Part shown: piece after piece, positions 19,164 through 29,196 of the stretch
Position numbering within the stretch: the first letter of the stretch is position 1
Layout of the letters: each line of letters opens with the position of its first letter
Assembly: GCA_025056555.1 (NCBI GenBank)
Contig: JANWVZ010000003.1
Span: 1-50,556, forward strand
DNA length: 50,556 nt
Source of the DNA: Gemmatales bacterium
GTDB taxonomy: Bacteria; Planctomycetota; Planctomycetia; Gemmatales; HRBIN36
Direction of reading: 5' to 3'
The notes under the pieces: generated by a model
Database searches by the model: none
Told to the model about the DNA's origin: nothing
Seen by the model: the letters and a program-made list of their open reading frames with translations, nothing else
Translations under genes and position numbers: made by a program

Positions 19164-20125
19164 TTAAGACAAATTCCCCCTATGATGATGAGCACGGTAT
19201 CCAGAGGAATCATAGCGAGGACGATACCGCCTTTCCGGAAACTTTGGGCCGAGCCGCATTACGCTCCCATTAGGCCAAATCCAAATCACTGATCCATCAG
19301 GATGACGGTACTGGACATACCAACCCGCGGTTGTGTAATGAAACTCGAAGCGCTGGCTGCGAATAGCAATATGTGCGTCGGCCCAATCCAGCCCTTGGAG
19401 GTTGGGAAGTCTGGCCGCGGCGTTATTATCCCGTGGGAGTGAAAGGCCTGTTGCTGGCTGTCCTACGCCCCCAGGAGCAGAAACTGTGAGGGACCGTTGC
19501 TGTGAAGTAACAGTCTGCGACACGGGATGCAGCTGCCGCCCAACCTTAGGAGGACACCAGCGACCTCTAGGCCGGCATGCAAGATCAGCCCATTGTGATA
19601 TATGTCGTAACTACCTCGCCCAACCTGCGCCAGACTCTGGCCCATGTCCCAAACCAACACTGCCCGACCAAATACACCAGCACGTGTCGCCGCAGGTAAC
19701 TGGGCTAGTTGTGTAGTGCCAGCAGTGATCAAAAGTTCCCAACCGTGGCGTGCGGAGGGGAAGCTGTTGTTATAGTACGGGCGGTGTTCACATCCGCAAC
19801 TGGCCAAATTTCGATCGGCTCATTGCGAAAGCTAAGGGTTAGCACCGACCAGGTCGCCTTGGGAATACCATGCACGTTAGCCTGAGCACCGATACGTAAG
19901 CCATCGGCCGCCGCCGCTCAGGTTTTCGGATGGAACAGCGTTCCTGTAGCTTGATAGGAGGCGCACCCTGTCTCACCCACCCACCAGGCACCACCGCAAA
20001 GAGCTACGACAAACAGGATGAGAGGAACCGCTTGACAGCTGGGGTCTCTGAACGAGGTCGGAACGTTGATGACATTGCAATACAGATTGAGAGCGCCGGC
20101 GGCGAAGCCGAGGGGGTCTTGTGTT
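19164..20125 (-). pseudogene. orphan RHS C-terminal core fragment plus frameshifted toxin domain
   Basis: QDPLGFAAGALNLYCNVINVPTSFRDPSC (~20121-20035) is a degraded RHS-core end (DPLGF.AGD.NLY.Y..N.P....DPxG). Downstream pieces 19463..19807 and 19164..19523 are in different frames. Confidence 0.7.
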
Positions 20126-20384
20126 CTCTCGCGGTCATATCCGTATATATATATACAAGGATTCCGTACTAATTCCTCTATCATAGGGTGATGCATCGGG
20201 ACGGCGATTTTGTGAGTTCTAAGCATAAACTGTTAATTAAATGGCTTGGAGCGAGGCTGTTCGCGAATTGCCCATTTACCGTGAGCGCGCGGTTGTCTAA
20301 ATAAGCGATGTTCTTGTGGAACTTACTCGAGGGGCGACGCTGGGCGTTGAGGGTGAGGGCGTGCTATTGACCAAAACGTAACCC

Positions 20385-20880
20385 GACGGTGGATTCCGAG
20401 CCTTATCGTGCAGGTAAGTGGGCTCATTGGATCGTGTGATTAGACTTTGCGCCTCAGCTGGTGGTGGATTCCGAGTCTAATAGTGAAGGTAAGCGGGCAA
20501 AGTGGATGGCATGCTTAGATTTCGCGTGGCAGGCGGCCCATTAGGATTATTACAGTGAACCTAAGTGCGACAGTTGGAGTGCAAGACTAGGCTTTACACC
20601 GCACCGGTGGTGGATTTCGAGTGCTATAGTGATGGTAAGTGGGGAAAGTGGATTGCATGATTAGACTCAGCGCCGCAGGTGACGGCGGATTTCGAGTCTT
20701 AGAATGAAAGTAAGTGAGCAAATTGGATCACCTGATTAGATTTTGCGTCGCAGACAGTGGTGCATTCCAAATTTCATGGTGAAGTTAGATACGGAAAGTG
20801 GAGCGGATGATTAGAGTTTGTGCCGCGGGACGGAGGTAGATTTTGAGTATTATAGGGGAGGTAAGTAGGGCGCGGCGGAG
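20385..20880. repeat. degenerate tandem repeat, ~75 bp x 7 (last copy partial)
   Basis: GGTAAG-like anchor at 20413, 20488, 20560, 20634, 20709, 20784, 20860; consensus about GGTGGATTYCGAGTCTTATAGTGAAGGTAAGTGGGCAAAGTGGATCGCATGATTAGAYTTTGCGCCGCAG. Confidence 0.92.
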
Positions 20881-21458
20881 CATGTTGTTATTCCAAGCAG
20901 CGCCAGGCAGTGGGGCAGACCGCAAGTGGTGGCGCGACTAACAGAAACTGGCGTTCTACTCCTAATGGGCGTTGCCAAGGATTGTTCGGAGGGCAGGGGC
21001 GAACCACTGCGTGAGGTTTACGGGCATGGGTATTTCGGCACTACGTCGGCGCGTGGCTGACCACTTCAGATGGGTGTATCCATGTACCGCAGAGGGATGA
21101 CGTATTGCCGGGCGACATTGAGCCCTACCTTCTAACATCGGCAGGAACGAGACGGCGGACAATGTGAGATGGGAGCTAGGTCTTCGAAAAACTGGGCGTT
21201 ATCCGTCTCTGCGGAGCTTTCCTAATAGGCGGATGTTCCGACAGGCTGAGCCGGGAAGCGGTGCGGAACATGCCACGATATCGGATTCGGTTTCAGCACA
21301 TGGTTACGATCCGAAGGTCGCGAGGGTTGATCATCTCAGCAACTGGATTGAAGGAATGCGCGGAAGTTTGCTGCATCTCTGGGATGAGAGGAGCACGTTG
21401 ATGGTTTTTTGAGAGGAAAAGCCCAGGGTGGTACAGGGGTGGGCAGAAGGCGGCAGTC

Positions 21459-22214
21459 TCACTGTTTCAAGAGTTCCAGAATCACGGGTTTGACAGCCTG
21501 AGCCCACAATTCGTATCCCTTTTCGGAAAGGTGGAGGTAATCGGGCATGATTTCTGGAGGAATGTGCCCATCTGGCTTTATGAACAAATGACCGATATCG
21601 AGATACTTCACAGTTTTGCCTCCGTCGTCGAGTTTGGCAATGATTTGGTTGACTCGGGAGATTTTTTCCCGCTGAGCCTTGACGGCCGGATTCGACGGGT
21701 CTTTGCCCCGTGGAAAGATACCCAAAAGCAACACCTTGGTCTTGGGCGAGCGTTGATGAATTTCGCGGACGATAGCGGTGATGCCGTCAGCGATTTCCTC
21801 CGCAGTGTTATCATTGCCGTTGGAATTGTTGGTCCCGATCATGAGCATCACCACCTTGGGCCGGATGCCGTCCAACTCGCCATTCTGAATCCGCCATAAG
21901 ACATGTTGGGTCCGGTCGCCACCAATTCCGAAATTGGCGGTCTTCAGCGGGACAAATTCGCGCTCGAAAAGGCTGGCTCCTGGGGCTTTCGGGTTGTGCC
22001 CCTCACCGCCCCAGGCGTCGGTGATGGAATCGCCGAGGAAGAGCACGTCAATGCCACCACGTTTCGCTATGGCCACGAACGTCTCGTGCCGTTTGAGCCA
22101 GTTGGCATCGCGTGGAACGGGTTTGACTGCCGAATGCAGCTTCTCCTGCGCTTGCGTTCCCAGGGGCAGCGCGATGGCCATCAGAGCGCAGACAAGACTT
22201 CGCAGCGTGGGCAT
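21459..22214 (-). CDS. secreted GDSL/SGNH esterase (PAF-acetylhydrolase IB-like)
   Basis: AAGGAGG RBS, signal peptide, FLGDSIT, GIGGDRT, IGTNN, DYLH. Confidence 0.92.
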   Translation of the reverse strand: MPTLRSLVCALMAIALPLGTQAQEKLHSAVKPVPRDANWLKRHETFVAIAKRGGIDVLFLGDSITDAWGGEGHNPKAPGASLFEREFVPLKTANFGIGGDRTQHVLWRIQNGELDGIRPKVVMLMIGTNNSNGNDNTAEEIADGITAIVREIHQRSPKTKVLLLGIFPRGKDPSNPAVKAQREKISRVNQIIAKLDDGGKTVKYLDIGHLFIKPDGHIPPEIMPDYLHLSEKGYELWAQAVKPVILELLKQ

Positions 22215-22333
22215 GGCAGTTCCTCCTTAGTTGGCCGTGGTAGTGTGCGTCATTAGACGGAGTACGATGGTATCGTCAAGCAGGAGGACAGGCCAGTTAC
22301 CATAATTAACACCAGAGAAACAAGGGGGAGGTG

Positions 22334-23035
22334 ATGTCGGCGGAGAAATCTGATACGCAACGCCCACGGATGCTCCAACGGATTCGGGAAGCGGTATATG
22401 CCGGTAATCGTTACGGAAGTTCCGAAGAACCCGGTCCACGCGGCCAGCTGGCCTATCAGGGAGTCGGGGAGACCGACCTGGTGCAGGGCTTTGCGTACTC
22501 CTTGCGACGTGCGGGGGGGCATTTTTACTATGCCGAGTCGAGCGGAGCAGTGACGCGGGTGATAATTCCTATCCTGGAAAATGCCGGGGTGCATCGCGTC
22601 GGTATCAGTGCGGAATCCCTCTTTGATGAACCGCTGTACTTGGAGAGGAGGCTACAAGGATTTGGACTGCAAACCTGGCGACCAGGGCAGGAAGTCGGCG
22701 ACACTGCGGCGGGAATCAAGGAAACGCTTTTCGCACTGGATGCGGGAATAACGGGCGTGGATGCATTGGTCGCGGAAACGGGAACGATTGTGCTGGCGGC
22801 GAAACCGCAGCGGCCTCGATCGTTGAGCTTGTTGCCACGGCTGTACGTGGCTGTGGCTCGCGCCGACCAGATTGTGCCCGATTTATTCGATTGGTTTGGG
22901 GCGCACCCGCCGACGACAATGCCCTCGGCCTGGACGTTCATAACGGGTCCGAGCAAGACGGGCGACATCGAGCTGACGCTGGTCACCGGCGTGCATGGCC
23001 CTGGTGAAGTCCATGTCGTTGTTTACCCGGCATAA
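22334..23035 (+). CDS. LUD-domain protein (LutC/YkgG family)
   Basis: VAETGTIV, RSLSLLP, FITGPSKTGDIE..LV.GVHGP. Confidence 0.88.
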   Translation: MSAEKSDTQRPRMLQRIREAVYAGNRYGSSEEPGPRGQLAYQGVGETDLVQGFAYSLRRAGGHFYYAESSGAVTRVIIPILENAGVHRVGISAESLFDEPLYLERRLQGFGLQTWRPGQEVGDTAAGIKETLFALDAGITGVDALVAETGTIVLAAKPQRPRSLSLLPRLYVAVARADQIVPDLFDWFGAHPPTTMPSAWTFITGPSKTGDIELTLVTGVHGPGEVHVVVYPA

Positions 23036-23129
23036 AACAAAAGTGCGGTGCTTGCTCGGCCCGTCCGCCAATATACAAAAAGGGGCATGCCCATAAGAGC
23101 GTGACTGAGTGAGCAGAAGGGAAGGACGC

Positions 23130-24278
23130 ATGGCCAGTGGTGTGACGCTGCCGTTACGACCGGGGCTGGAAGGCGTCCCGGTCGCGGAATCCGCAATCAG
23201 CTTCATAGACGGACAACGGGCCCGGCTGAGCTACCGCGGTTATGTGGTGGAAGAACTGGCACGGAAAAGTTGCTACGAGGAAGTGGCCTGGCTGTTGCTG
23301 CGCGGGGAATTACCCACTCAGCGGGAGTTGGCAGATTTCGACCGGCAATTGCGCAGCCATCGCCGCATCAAGTATCGCCTGCGCGATTTGCTGAAATGTT
23401 TGCCCGAAACAGGCCATCCCATGGGCGCGTTGCAGGCAGCAGTGGCGGCCTTGGGCATGTTTTATCCTGCTAAAGATGTAGCTAATCCGCAGACCAATTG
23501 GGAGTCGGTAGTACGTATCATAGCCAAGATGCCGACGATTGTGGCCGCCTTTCACCGTCTGCGTAACGGCGACGACGATTTGCCCCCGCGGGATGACCTG
23601 GATCATGCGGGAAATTTCTACTGGATGCTCTTTGAGCGCGAACCCTCCCCGGCAATGCGCAAGGTACTGGATGCCTGCCTGGTATTACACGCCGAGCATA
23701 CCATGAACGCCAGCACTTTTGCCGGGCGCGTGGCGGCCTCGACACTGGCCGATCCGTACACGGTGGTCAGCGCGGCTATCGGCACCTTGACAGGCCCGTT
23801 GCACGGCGGGGCAAATGAGCAGGTTCTGGATATGCTCGAGGAAATCGGCAGTGTGGAGCGGGTGCGGCCCTGGCTCCGGGAAGCCTTAGCCAAGAAACGC
23901 AAAATTATGGGCTTCGGGCACCGGGTGTACAAAGTCAAGGATCCGCGAGCGACTGTGCTTCAGGAATTGGCGGAACACGTTTTCGCAGAGACCGGTCGGC
24001 CAAAACTTTATGACATTGCTGTCGAACTCGAACGCGCTGCCGCCGAAGAACTGGGACCGAAAGGCATTTATCCCAACGTGGATTTTTACTCCGGCATTGT
24101 TTACATGAGCCTGGGGATTCCCAAGGATTTGTTCACGCCGATCTTTGCCATTTCGCGCGTGGCCGGCTGGCTGGCGCATTGGCTGGAGCAACTTCAGAAC
24201 AACCGTATCTTCCGCCCCGAGCAGATCTATGTCGGTAAACCTGACCGTGGGTACATTCCTTTGGAAGAGCGGCCGTGA
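23130..24278 (+). CDS. gltA: citrate synthase
   Basis: GLEGV, LSYRGY, LHAEHTMNAST, GPLHGGAN, MGFGHRVYK.KDPR, YPNVDFYSG. A methylcitrate-synthase role cannot be excluded. Confidence 0.9.
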   Translation: MASGVTLPLRPGLEGVPVAESAISFIDGQRARLSYRGYVVEELARKSCYEEVAWLLLRGELPTQRELADFDRQLRSHRRIKYRLRDLLKCLPETGHPMGALQAAVAALGMFYPAKDVANPQTNWESVVRIIAKMPTIVAAFHRLRNGDDDLPPRDDLDHAGNFYWMLFEREPSPAMRKVLDACLVLHAEHTMNASTFAGRVAASTLADPYTVVSAAIGTLTGPLHGGANEQVLDMLEEIGSVERVRPWLREALAKKRKIMGFGHRVYKVKDPRATVLQELAEHVFAETGRPKLYDIAVELERAAAEELGPKGIYPNVDFYSGIVYMSLGIPKDLFTPIFAISRVAGWLAHWLEQLQNNRIFRPEQIYVGKPDRGYIPLEERP

Positions 24279-24377
24279 GCAGGCCATTACGACCTTTTTT
24301 CTTCCGCAAAGAATTGACACCCGCGAGTCGGAATAACATCTGCACTCGGTTGGAACCAAAGACTGGGCCAGAAGATT

Positions 24378-25655
24378 ATGCTCGACCCGCAATTCGTGGC
24401 CGAAAATGCTGAACTGGTGAAGGAGAATTGTCGACGCCGGCAGGTTCAGGCCGACGTCGATCGTGCCGTGACTCTGTATCAGCAACGCAAGGAACTGACA
24501 CGGCAGGTGCAGGCGCTGCATCAGCGGCAAAACGAACTGCAAAAGCAAACCGGCCGTGAAAAAGATCCAAGCCAACGCCAGGCGCTGATCGAAGAAGGAA
24601 GGCAATTACGCAGCCAAGTGGCGGAGTTGGAAAACCATTTGCGCCAGGTCGAAGAAGCGCTCCGCGCGGTTCTGTACACCATTCCCAATCTGACCCATCC
24701 CGAAGCACCGCCTGGTTCACGGCCGGAAGACAATCGCGTCCTGCGCACCTGGGGAGAACCCCCACAGTTTTCGTTTCGCCCGAAAGACCACGTTACGCTT
24801 GCCGAGAAGCTCGATCTGGTGGATTTCGAGGCAGGCTCTGCGGTGACAGGTCCGAAATTCTATTTTCTCAAGAATGAGGCGGTTCTGCTGGAACTGGCCC
24901 TGGTGCAGTATGCTTTCCAAACTTTGTTGGCTGAGGGTTTCACGCCGGTCATCACACCGGATTTGGCCAAAGCGGAGGTGGTAGAAGGAATCGGCTTCAT
25001 TCCTCGAGGTCCGGAGACGCAGATTTACAGCGTGGCTCATACCGATTTATGCCTGATTGCCACTGCAGAAATCACGCTGGGGGGCATGCACCGCGACCAG
25101 CTTCTAGAAGAGAACAAGTTGCCGCTTCGATACGTCGGCTTGTCGCACTGTTTCCGCACCGAAGCTGGTGCGCCGGGGCGTGAAGGGCGCGGCCTGTTTC
25201 GCGTGCACCAGTTTACCAAAGTCGAGATGTTCGTCTTTTGTGTGCCCGAACAAAGCGAACACTGGCATCAGGAACTTCTTCGCATCGAGGAAAAACTTTT
25301 CCAGGGGTTGGGGATTGCCTATCGCGTGATTGACACGTGTGCCGGCGATCTTGGTGGGCCTGCTTATCGCAAATTTGATATTGAAGCCTGGATGCCTGGT
25401 CGCGGGGAACACGGTGAGTATGCTGAGGTGACCAGCACTTCCAATTGCACCGACTACCAGGCGCGCCGCTTGAACATCCGCTATCGTCCCACGGGTCAAA
25501 AAGGAACACGGTTCGTGCATACGCTGAACGGGACCGCCATCGCTACCAGCCGAGCCATTGTGGCCATTCTGGAGAATTATCAACGGGGCGATGGCTCCGT
25601 GGTGGTACCGCAAGTGCTGCGTCCCTGGGTGGGTAAGGAGTTGATTGGGCCGTAA
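24378..25655 (+). CDS. serS: serine--tRNA ligase
   Basis: N-terminal coiled coil, TAE, CFRTEAG, GLFRVHQF.KVE, SNCTDYQARRL, HTLNGT. Confidence 0.98.
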   Translation: MLDPQFVAENAELVKENCRRRQVQADVDRAVTLYQQRKELTRQVQALHQRQNELQKQTGREKDPSQRQALIEEGRQLRSQVAELENHLRQVEEALRAVLYTIPNLTHPEAPPGSRPEDNRVLRTWGEPPQFSFRPKDHVTLAEKLDLVDFEAGSAVTGPKFYFLKNEAVLLELALVQYAFQTLLAEGFTPVITPDLAKAEVVEGIGFIPRGPETQIYSVAHTDLCLIATAEITLGGMHRDQLLEENKLPLRYVGLSHCFRTEAGAPGREGRGLFRVHQFTKVEMFVFCVPEQSEHWHQELLRIEEKLFQGLGIAYRVIDTCAGDLGGPAYRKFDIEAWMPGRGEHGEYAEVTSTSNCTDYQARRLNIRYRPTGQKGTRFVHTLNGTAIATSRAIVAILENYQRGDGSVVVPQVLRPWVGKELIGP

Positions 25656-25698
25656 CCACTCGCGCACGGGCGGAATGCGTGGAAAGCCCTAATTCGCC

Positions 25699-26943
25699 AT
25701 GCCTAGTCAGAAGCGGCGGATTGTCATTCTCGGCTCAACAGGCTCCATTGGCAGAAATGCCCTGGAAGTAGTTGCCGCGTTTCCTGATCGGCTGGAGGTG
25801 CTGGGCTTGGCGGCGCGACGTAATAGCACGTTGCTGCTGGAACAGGTGCGGCGGTTTCAGCCACGCTGGGCGGTGCTGACGGATGAAACGTTGCGTTCCC
25901 GAGTTGAGCCGGATACGTTTCGCCCGACGGTGTTACGCTTCGGGGAGTCGGCGCTTGGGGAATTAGCACAAGAGTCCACCGTTGATCTGGTGCTGGTGGC
26001 CATCATCGGGGCAGCGGGGCTGCTCGGTGCTTGGTCGGCCATTGAAGCGGGCAAAATCGTCGCCCTGGCCAATAAGGAAGCCATGGTCCTGGCCGGGCCT
26101 CTTCTGCTCCAGCGGGCGCAACAATGCCACGCGCTTATTCTTCCTGTGGATAGCGAGCACAGTGCTGTATTTCAAATCTTACAAGGGCGCAACAAAGAGG
26201 AACTGGCGCGTATTGTGCTAACGGCCAGCGGTGGCCCCTTTCGCGGTCAGACCCGTGCCGCTTTGGAGCAGGTTACTGCCTTGCAGGCTCTGAACCATCC
26301 CACTTGGCACATGGGGCCGAAAATCACTATTGACTCGGCCACGCTGATGAATAAAGCCCTGGAAATCGTCGAAGCCCGATGGCTGTTCGACGTGGCGCCT
26401 GAGCAAATTGTCGTCCTGATCCATCCCGAGTCAGTAGTGCACGGCTTCGTCGAGATGCGCGACGGCGCAGTTTTTGCACAGCTTTCGCCGCCCGACATGC
26501 GATTGCCCATCCAATACGCGCTGCTGTACCCGGAGCGCTGGCCGGGACCGGCAAAGCGACTGGATTGGTGGGCGTTGCGGACCCTCCATTTCGAGCCGCC
26601 TGACGTGGAAACCTTCCCGGCCTTAGAATTGGGATATCAGGTAGCGCGGCAGGGCGGACTGAGCGGAGCGGTGCTGAACGCGGCCAATGAAGTGGCTGTC
26701 GAATACTTCCTCCAAGGCCGCTGCCGATTCCTGGACATACCGCGTGTGTGTCGTGCGGTTCTGGAAGCCTACTTGAATCAGGCCGAGGGCCGAGCCCGTC
26801 CCAGTGCGACCCTGGGCGAGGCGGAGCGGCTAAGCTCGCTCGCTACTCCGTCCGCGCTGGCGCTATCTGCCCTGACCTTGGAGAACATTCTCGCCGCCGA
26901 TCACTGGGCGAGGCAGGAGGCTCACCGTTGGCTCAGCAGCTGA
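25699..26943 (+). CDS. dxr: 1-deoxy-D-xylulose-5-phosphate reductoisomerase
   Basis: ILGSTGSIG, LANKE, PVDSEH, TASGGPF, HPTWHMGPKITIDSATLMNKALE, NAANE. Confidence 0.98.
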   Translation: MPSQKRRIVILGSTGSIGRNALEVVAAFPDRLEVLGLAARRNSTLLLEQVRRFQPRWAVLTDETLRSRVEPDTFRPTVLRFGESALGELAQESTVDLVLVAIIGAAGLLGAWSAIEAGKIVALANKEAMVLAGPLLLQRAQQCHALILPVDSEHSAVFQILQGRNKEELARIVLTASGGPFRGQTRAALEQVTALQALNHPTWHMGPKITIDSATLMNKALEIVEARWLFDVAPEQIVVLIHPESVVHGFVEMRDGAVFAQLSPPDMRLPIQYALLYPERWPGPAKRLDWWALRTLHFEPPDVETFPALELGYQVARQGGLSGAVLNAANEVAVEYFLQGRCRFLDIPRVCRAVLEAYLNQAEGRARPSATLGEAERLSSLATPSALALSALTLENILAADHWARQEAHRWLSS

Positions 26944-29144
26944 ATAAGCATTCTGCCACAACTTCCGATTCCGTCACGGCTCCCCCGCCGCGGCGAATCC
27001 CCATTGCGAATTGGCTCCTAGCCGCTCTGATTCTGGCGCTGATCGCATGGTGGTTCTACGGCAAGCCGTGGCAACAAGTCCTCCAGAGCCTGACCAATGT
27101 GCTCTTGCTGCTGGGGGGCTTGACTCTGGTGATTTTTGTTCATGAACTGGGGCACTTCCTGGCTGCGAAATGGTGCGACGTACACGTAGAGACTTTCAGC
27201 ATCGGTTTTGGTTCCCCGATTCCGGGACTGTGGTTTCGCAAAGGCGAGACGCTTTACAAAGTGGCGTGGATTCCGTTAGGCGGATACGTCAAGATGCTGG
27301 GCGAGCTTCCTGGCGAGGAGTCGGACCCGGAGATACTCAACAATCCACGGGCCTATCAGAACAAGCCGGTCGGACAGCGCATGCTCATTATTTCCGCCGG
27401 GGTGATCATGAATCTCGTGCTTGGAGCCGGTTGCTTTATTTACGCCTATATGGCTGGAAAAAGTGAGGTGTTACCACTGGTCGGTTATGTCGAACCCGGT
27501 TCGCGTGCGGATCAGGCAGGTTTGGAACCTGGTTCGCTTGTGCTACAGGTCAACCGCAATGAACGGCCTGCCTTTGAGGACTTGATGTTTGCCAGCGCTA
27601 CAGCCCGCGCCGACGTAACGCAGATTTACCTGCGCTGGCAGACCCCCAACGGAGTGGTGCGCGACGCTTACATTGCCCCGCGAAGATTGCCTCACGATCA
27701 GCGCCCGCTACTGGGTCTGGGCCCTATGCCAGGATTAAGCCTGATTCGGATGGAGGTTGACAACGATGGCCCCGTTGCGCCGGACAGTCCAGCCGCGAAC
27801 CGAGGATTTCGTCCGGGAGATGTGTTGCTGGGGGTTCGGAGCGTGGGCCAGGGCTTCGAATATCGCCTTCTTTCACGAGAAGAGTATCAGAGCGGCCAAG
27901 CGGAACCGCGTATTCGTGGTCTGCGTCAGCTGAGTCGCGCGCTTTATCAGCTGCGGGAACAGCCGGTGGCTTTTCACGTGTGGCGACCTGAAACGGACGA
28001 AGAACATTGGCTTGAGGTGCCGCCTAACCCTGTGCGCTGGTTGGGCTTGACGCTCGAACTGGGTGCCATAGTCTCGATCAACCCGATTACCGAGCGGGCA
28101 TGCCAGTCCGACGCCCGGCTGCAAGTCGGAGACGTGATCACCGCAATCAATGGTCAAGCGATAGGGGATCCGTTCCGTCTGCCCGAGCGCCTCGAAGCGC
28201 TCGCGGGCCAAACGGTCAGCCTCACCGTGCGGCGCGGCGACCGAGAATTGAAGATTCCCGTCCGACCGCTGGCCGATGCTCCGTCATGGTGGGAATACGC
28301 CCCGTCCCGCCCCCTCGCCCCCTGGGCGATTCCTGCCCTGGGCATTACTTGCCGCATCGAGCCGGTCTTAGTGGCAGACCTGGACACGGAGCGTTTTCCC
28401 GCCCGCGACGCCGAATCCCAGCAACCTGTGCGGCTACCGGCTGGTACGCGGTTTACTCACATTGAACTTCAGGACCGTTCGATGCGCAATCCGGGCACTT
28501 GGCGGACGATCAGTTACCGGTTTGGGGAGGATGAAACCGCCGCAGACGTGGTCGCCTGGCCTTATATTTTCTGGTCGCTCCAAAGCACCTTAGTCAGCGC
28601 CGAGGTCATTCTCAGCGTGCAGATTCCTTCCGAAGATGGCCCCGTTACCCAACGAGTGCGCTTATCCGCCAGGAGCATGTCCGACTGGTTCAATCCCGAC
28701 CGCGGCCTGATGCGCGACCGCGAAAAACTCGTCTATTATGCCCCCGATCCGTTCCAGGCCATTTACCTCGGCCTTCGCGATACCCATCGCACAGTGGTCA
28801 ACATCTACCTGACCTTGAAAAATCTGTTCACCGGCGACATCTCCATCCGCTTACTCAGCGGCCCGATCGGTATTGCGGAAATGGGTTACGGCATGGCCAG
28901 CCTCGGCTTCAACTATTTCGTCTGGTTTATTGGAGTCATCAGCATCAACCTGGCGGTCATTAACTTCTTACCCATTCCCATCCTGGATGGCGGGCACATG
29001 CTGTTCCTGCTGATTGAAAAAATTCGCGGCCGTCCTGTCAGTCGCCGTGTGCTGGAATACGCGAGCATCGTTGGCCTGATGCTGATTCTGCTACTACTTA
29101 TTCTGGCCACTACGATGGACATCACCCGCTTCCTGAGCCGCTAA
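26928..29144 (+). CDS. rseP: RseP-like intramembrane zinc metalloprotease (M50) with an extended PDZ region
   Basis: HELGH, IPLGGYVKM, GV.MN, NFLPIPILDGGH; TTG start at 26928 after AGGAGG, overlapping the end of dxr; classical dxr-rseP synteny. Confidence 0.92.
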   Translation: MAQQLNKHSATTSDSVTAPPPRRIPIANWLLAALILALIAWWFYGKPWQQVLQSLTNVLLLLGGLTLVIFVHELGHFLAAKWCDVHVETFSIGFGSPIPGLWFRKGETLYKVAWIPLGGYVKMLGELPGEESDPEILNNPRAYQNKPVGQRMLIISAGVIMNLVLGAGCFIYAYMAGKSEVLPLVGYVEPGSRADQAGLEPGSLVLQVNRNERPAFEDLMFASATARADVTQIYLRWQTPNGVVRDAYIAPRRLPHDQRPLLGLGPMPGLSLIRMEVDNDGPVAPDSPAANRGFRPGDVLLGVRSVGQGFEYRLLSREEYQSGQAEPRIRGLRQLSRALYQLREQPVAFHVWRPETDEEHWLEVPPNPVRWLGLTLELGAIVSINPITERACQSDARLQVGDVITAINGQAIGDPFRLPERLEALAGQTVSLTVRRGDRELKIPVRPLADAPSWWEYAPSRPLAPWAIPALGITCRIEPVLVADLDTERFPARDAESQQPVRLPAGTRFTHIELQDRSMRNPGTWRTISYRFGEDETAADVVAWPYIFWSLQSTLVSAEVILSVQIPSEDGPVTQRVRLSARSMSDWFNPDRGLMRDREKLVYYAPDPFQAIYLGLRDTHRTVVNIYLTLKNLFTGDISIRLLSGPIGIAEMGYGMASLGFNYFVWFIGVISINLAVINFLPIPILDGGHMLFLLIEKIRGRPVSRRVLEYASIVGLMLILLLLILATTMDITRFLSR

Positions 29145-29196
29145 TGGCCCACGGTGATCTTGCCCTCCTTTTTTCCGATCCTGTGGGGATTTTGCC

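Noticed and set aside
20385-20880. CRISPR array
   Set aside because: Whole 75-bp units are homologous end to end with no unique spacers, the repeats are not near-identical, and no cas genes are in the window.
20962-21412. Short ORFs 20962..21162 and 21164..21412
   Set aside because: No convincing RBS or protein-like motifs; probably chance ORFs in the decayed island.
24279-24377. T-box leader or promoter for serS
   Set aside because: Too short for a T-box; TTGACA at 24314 has no good -10 at 16-18 nt spacing.
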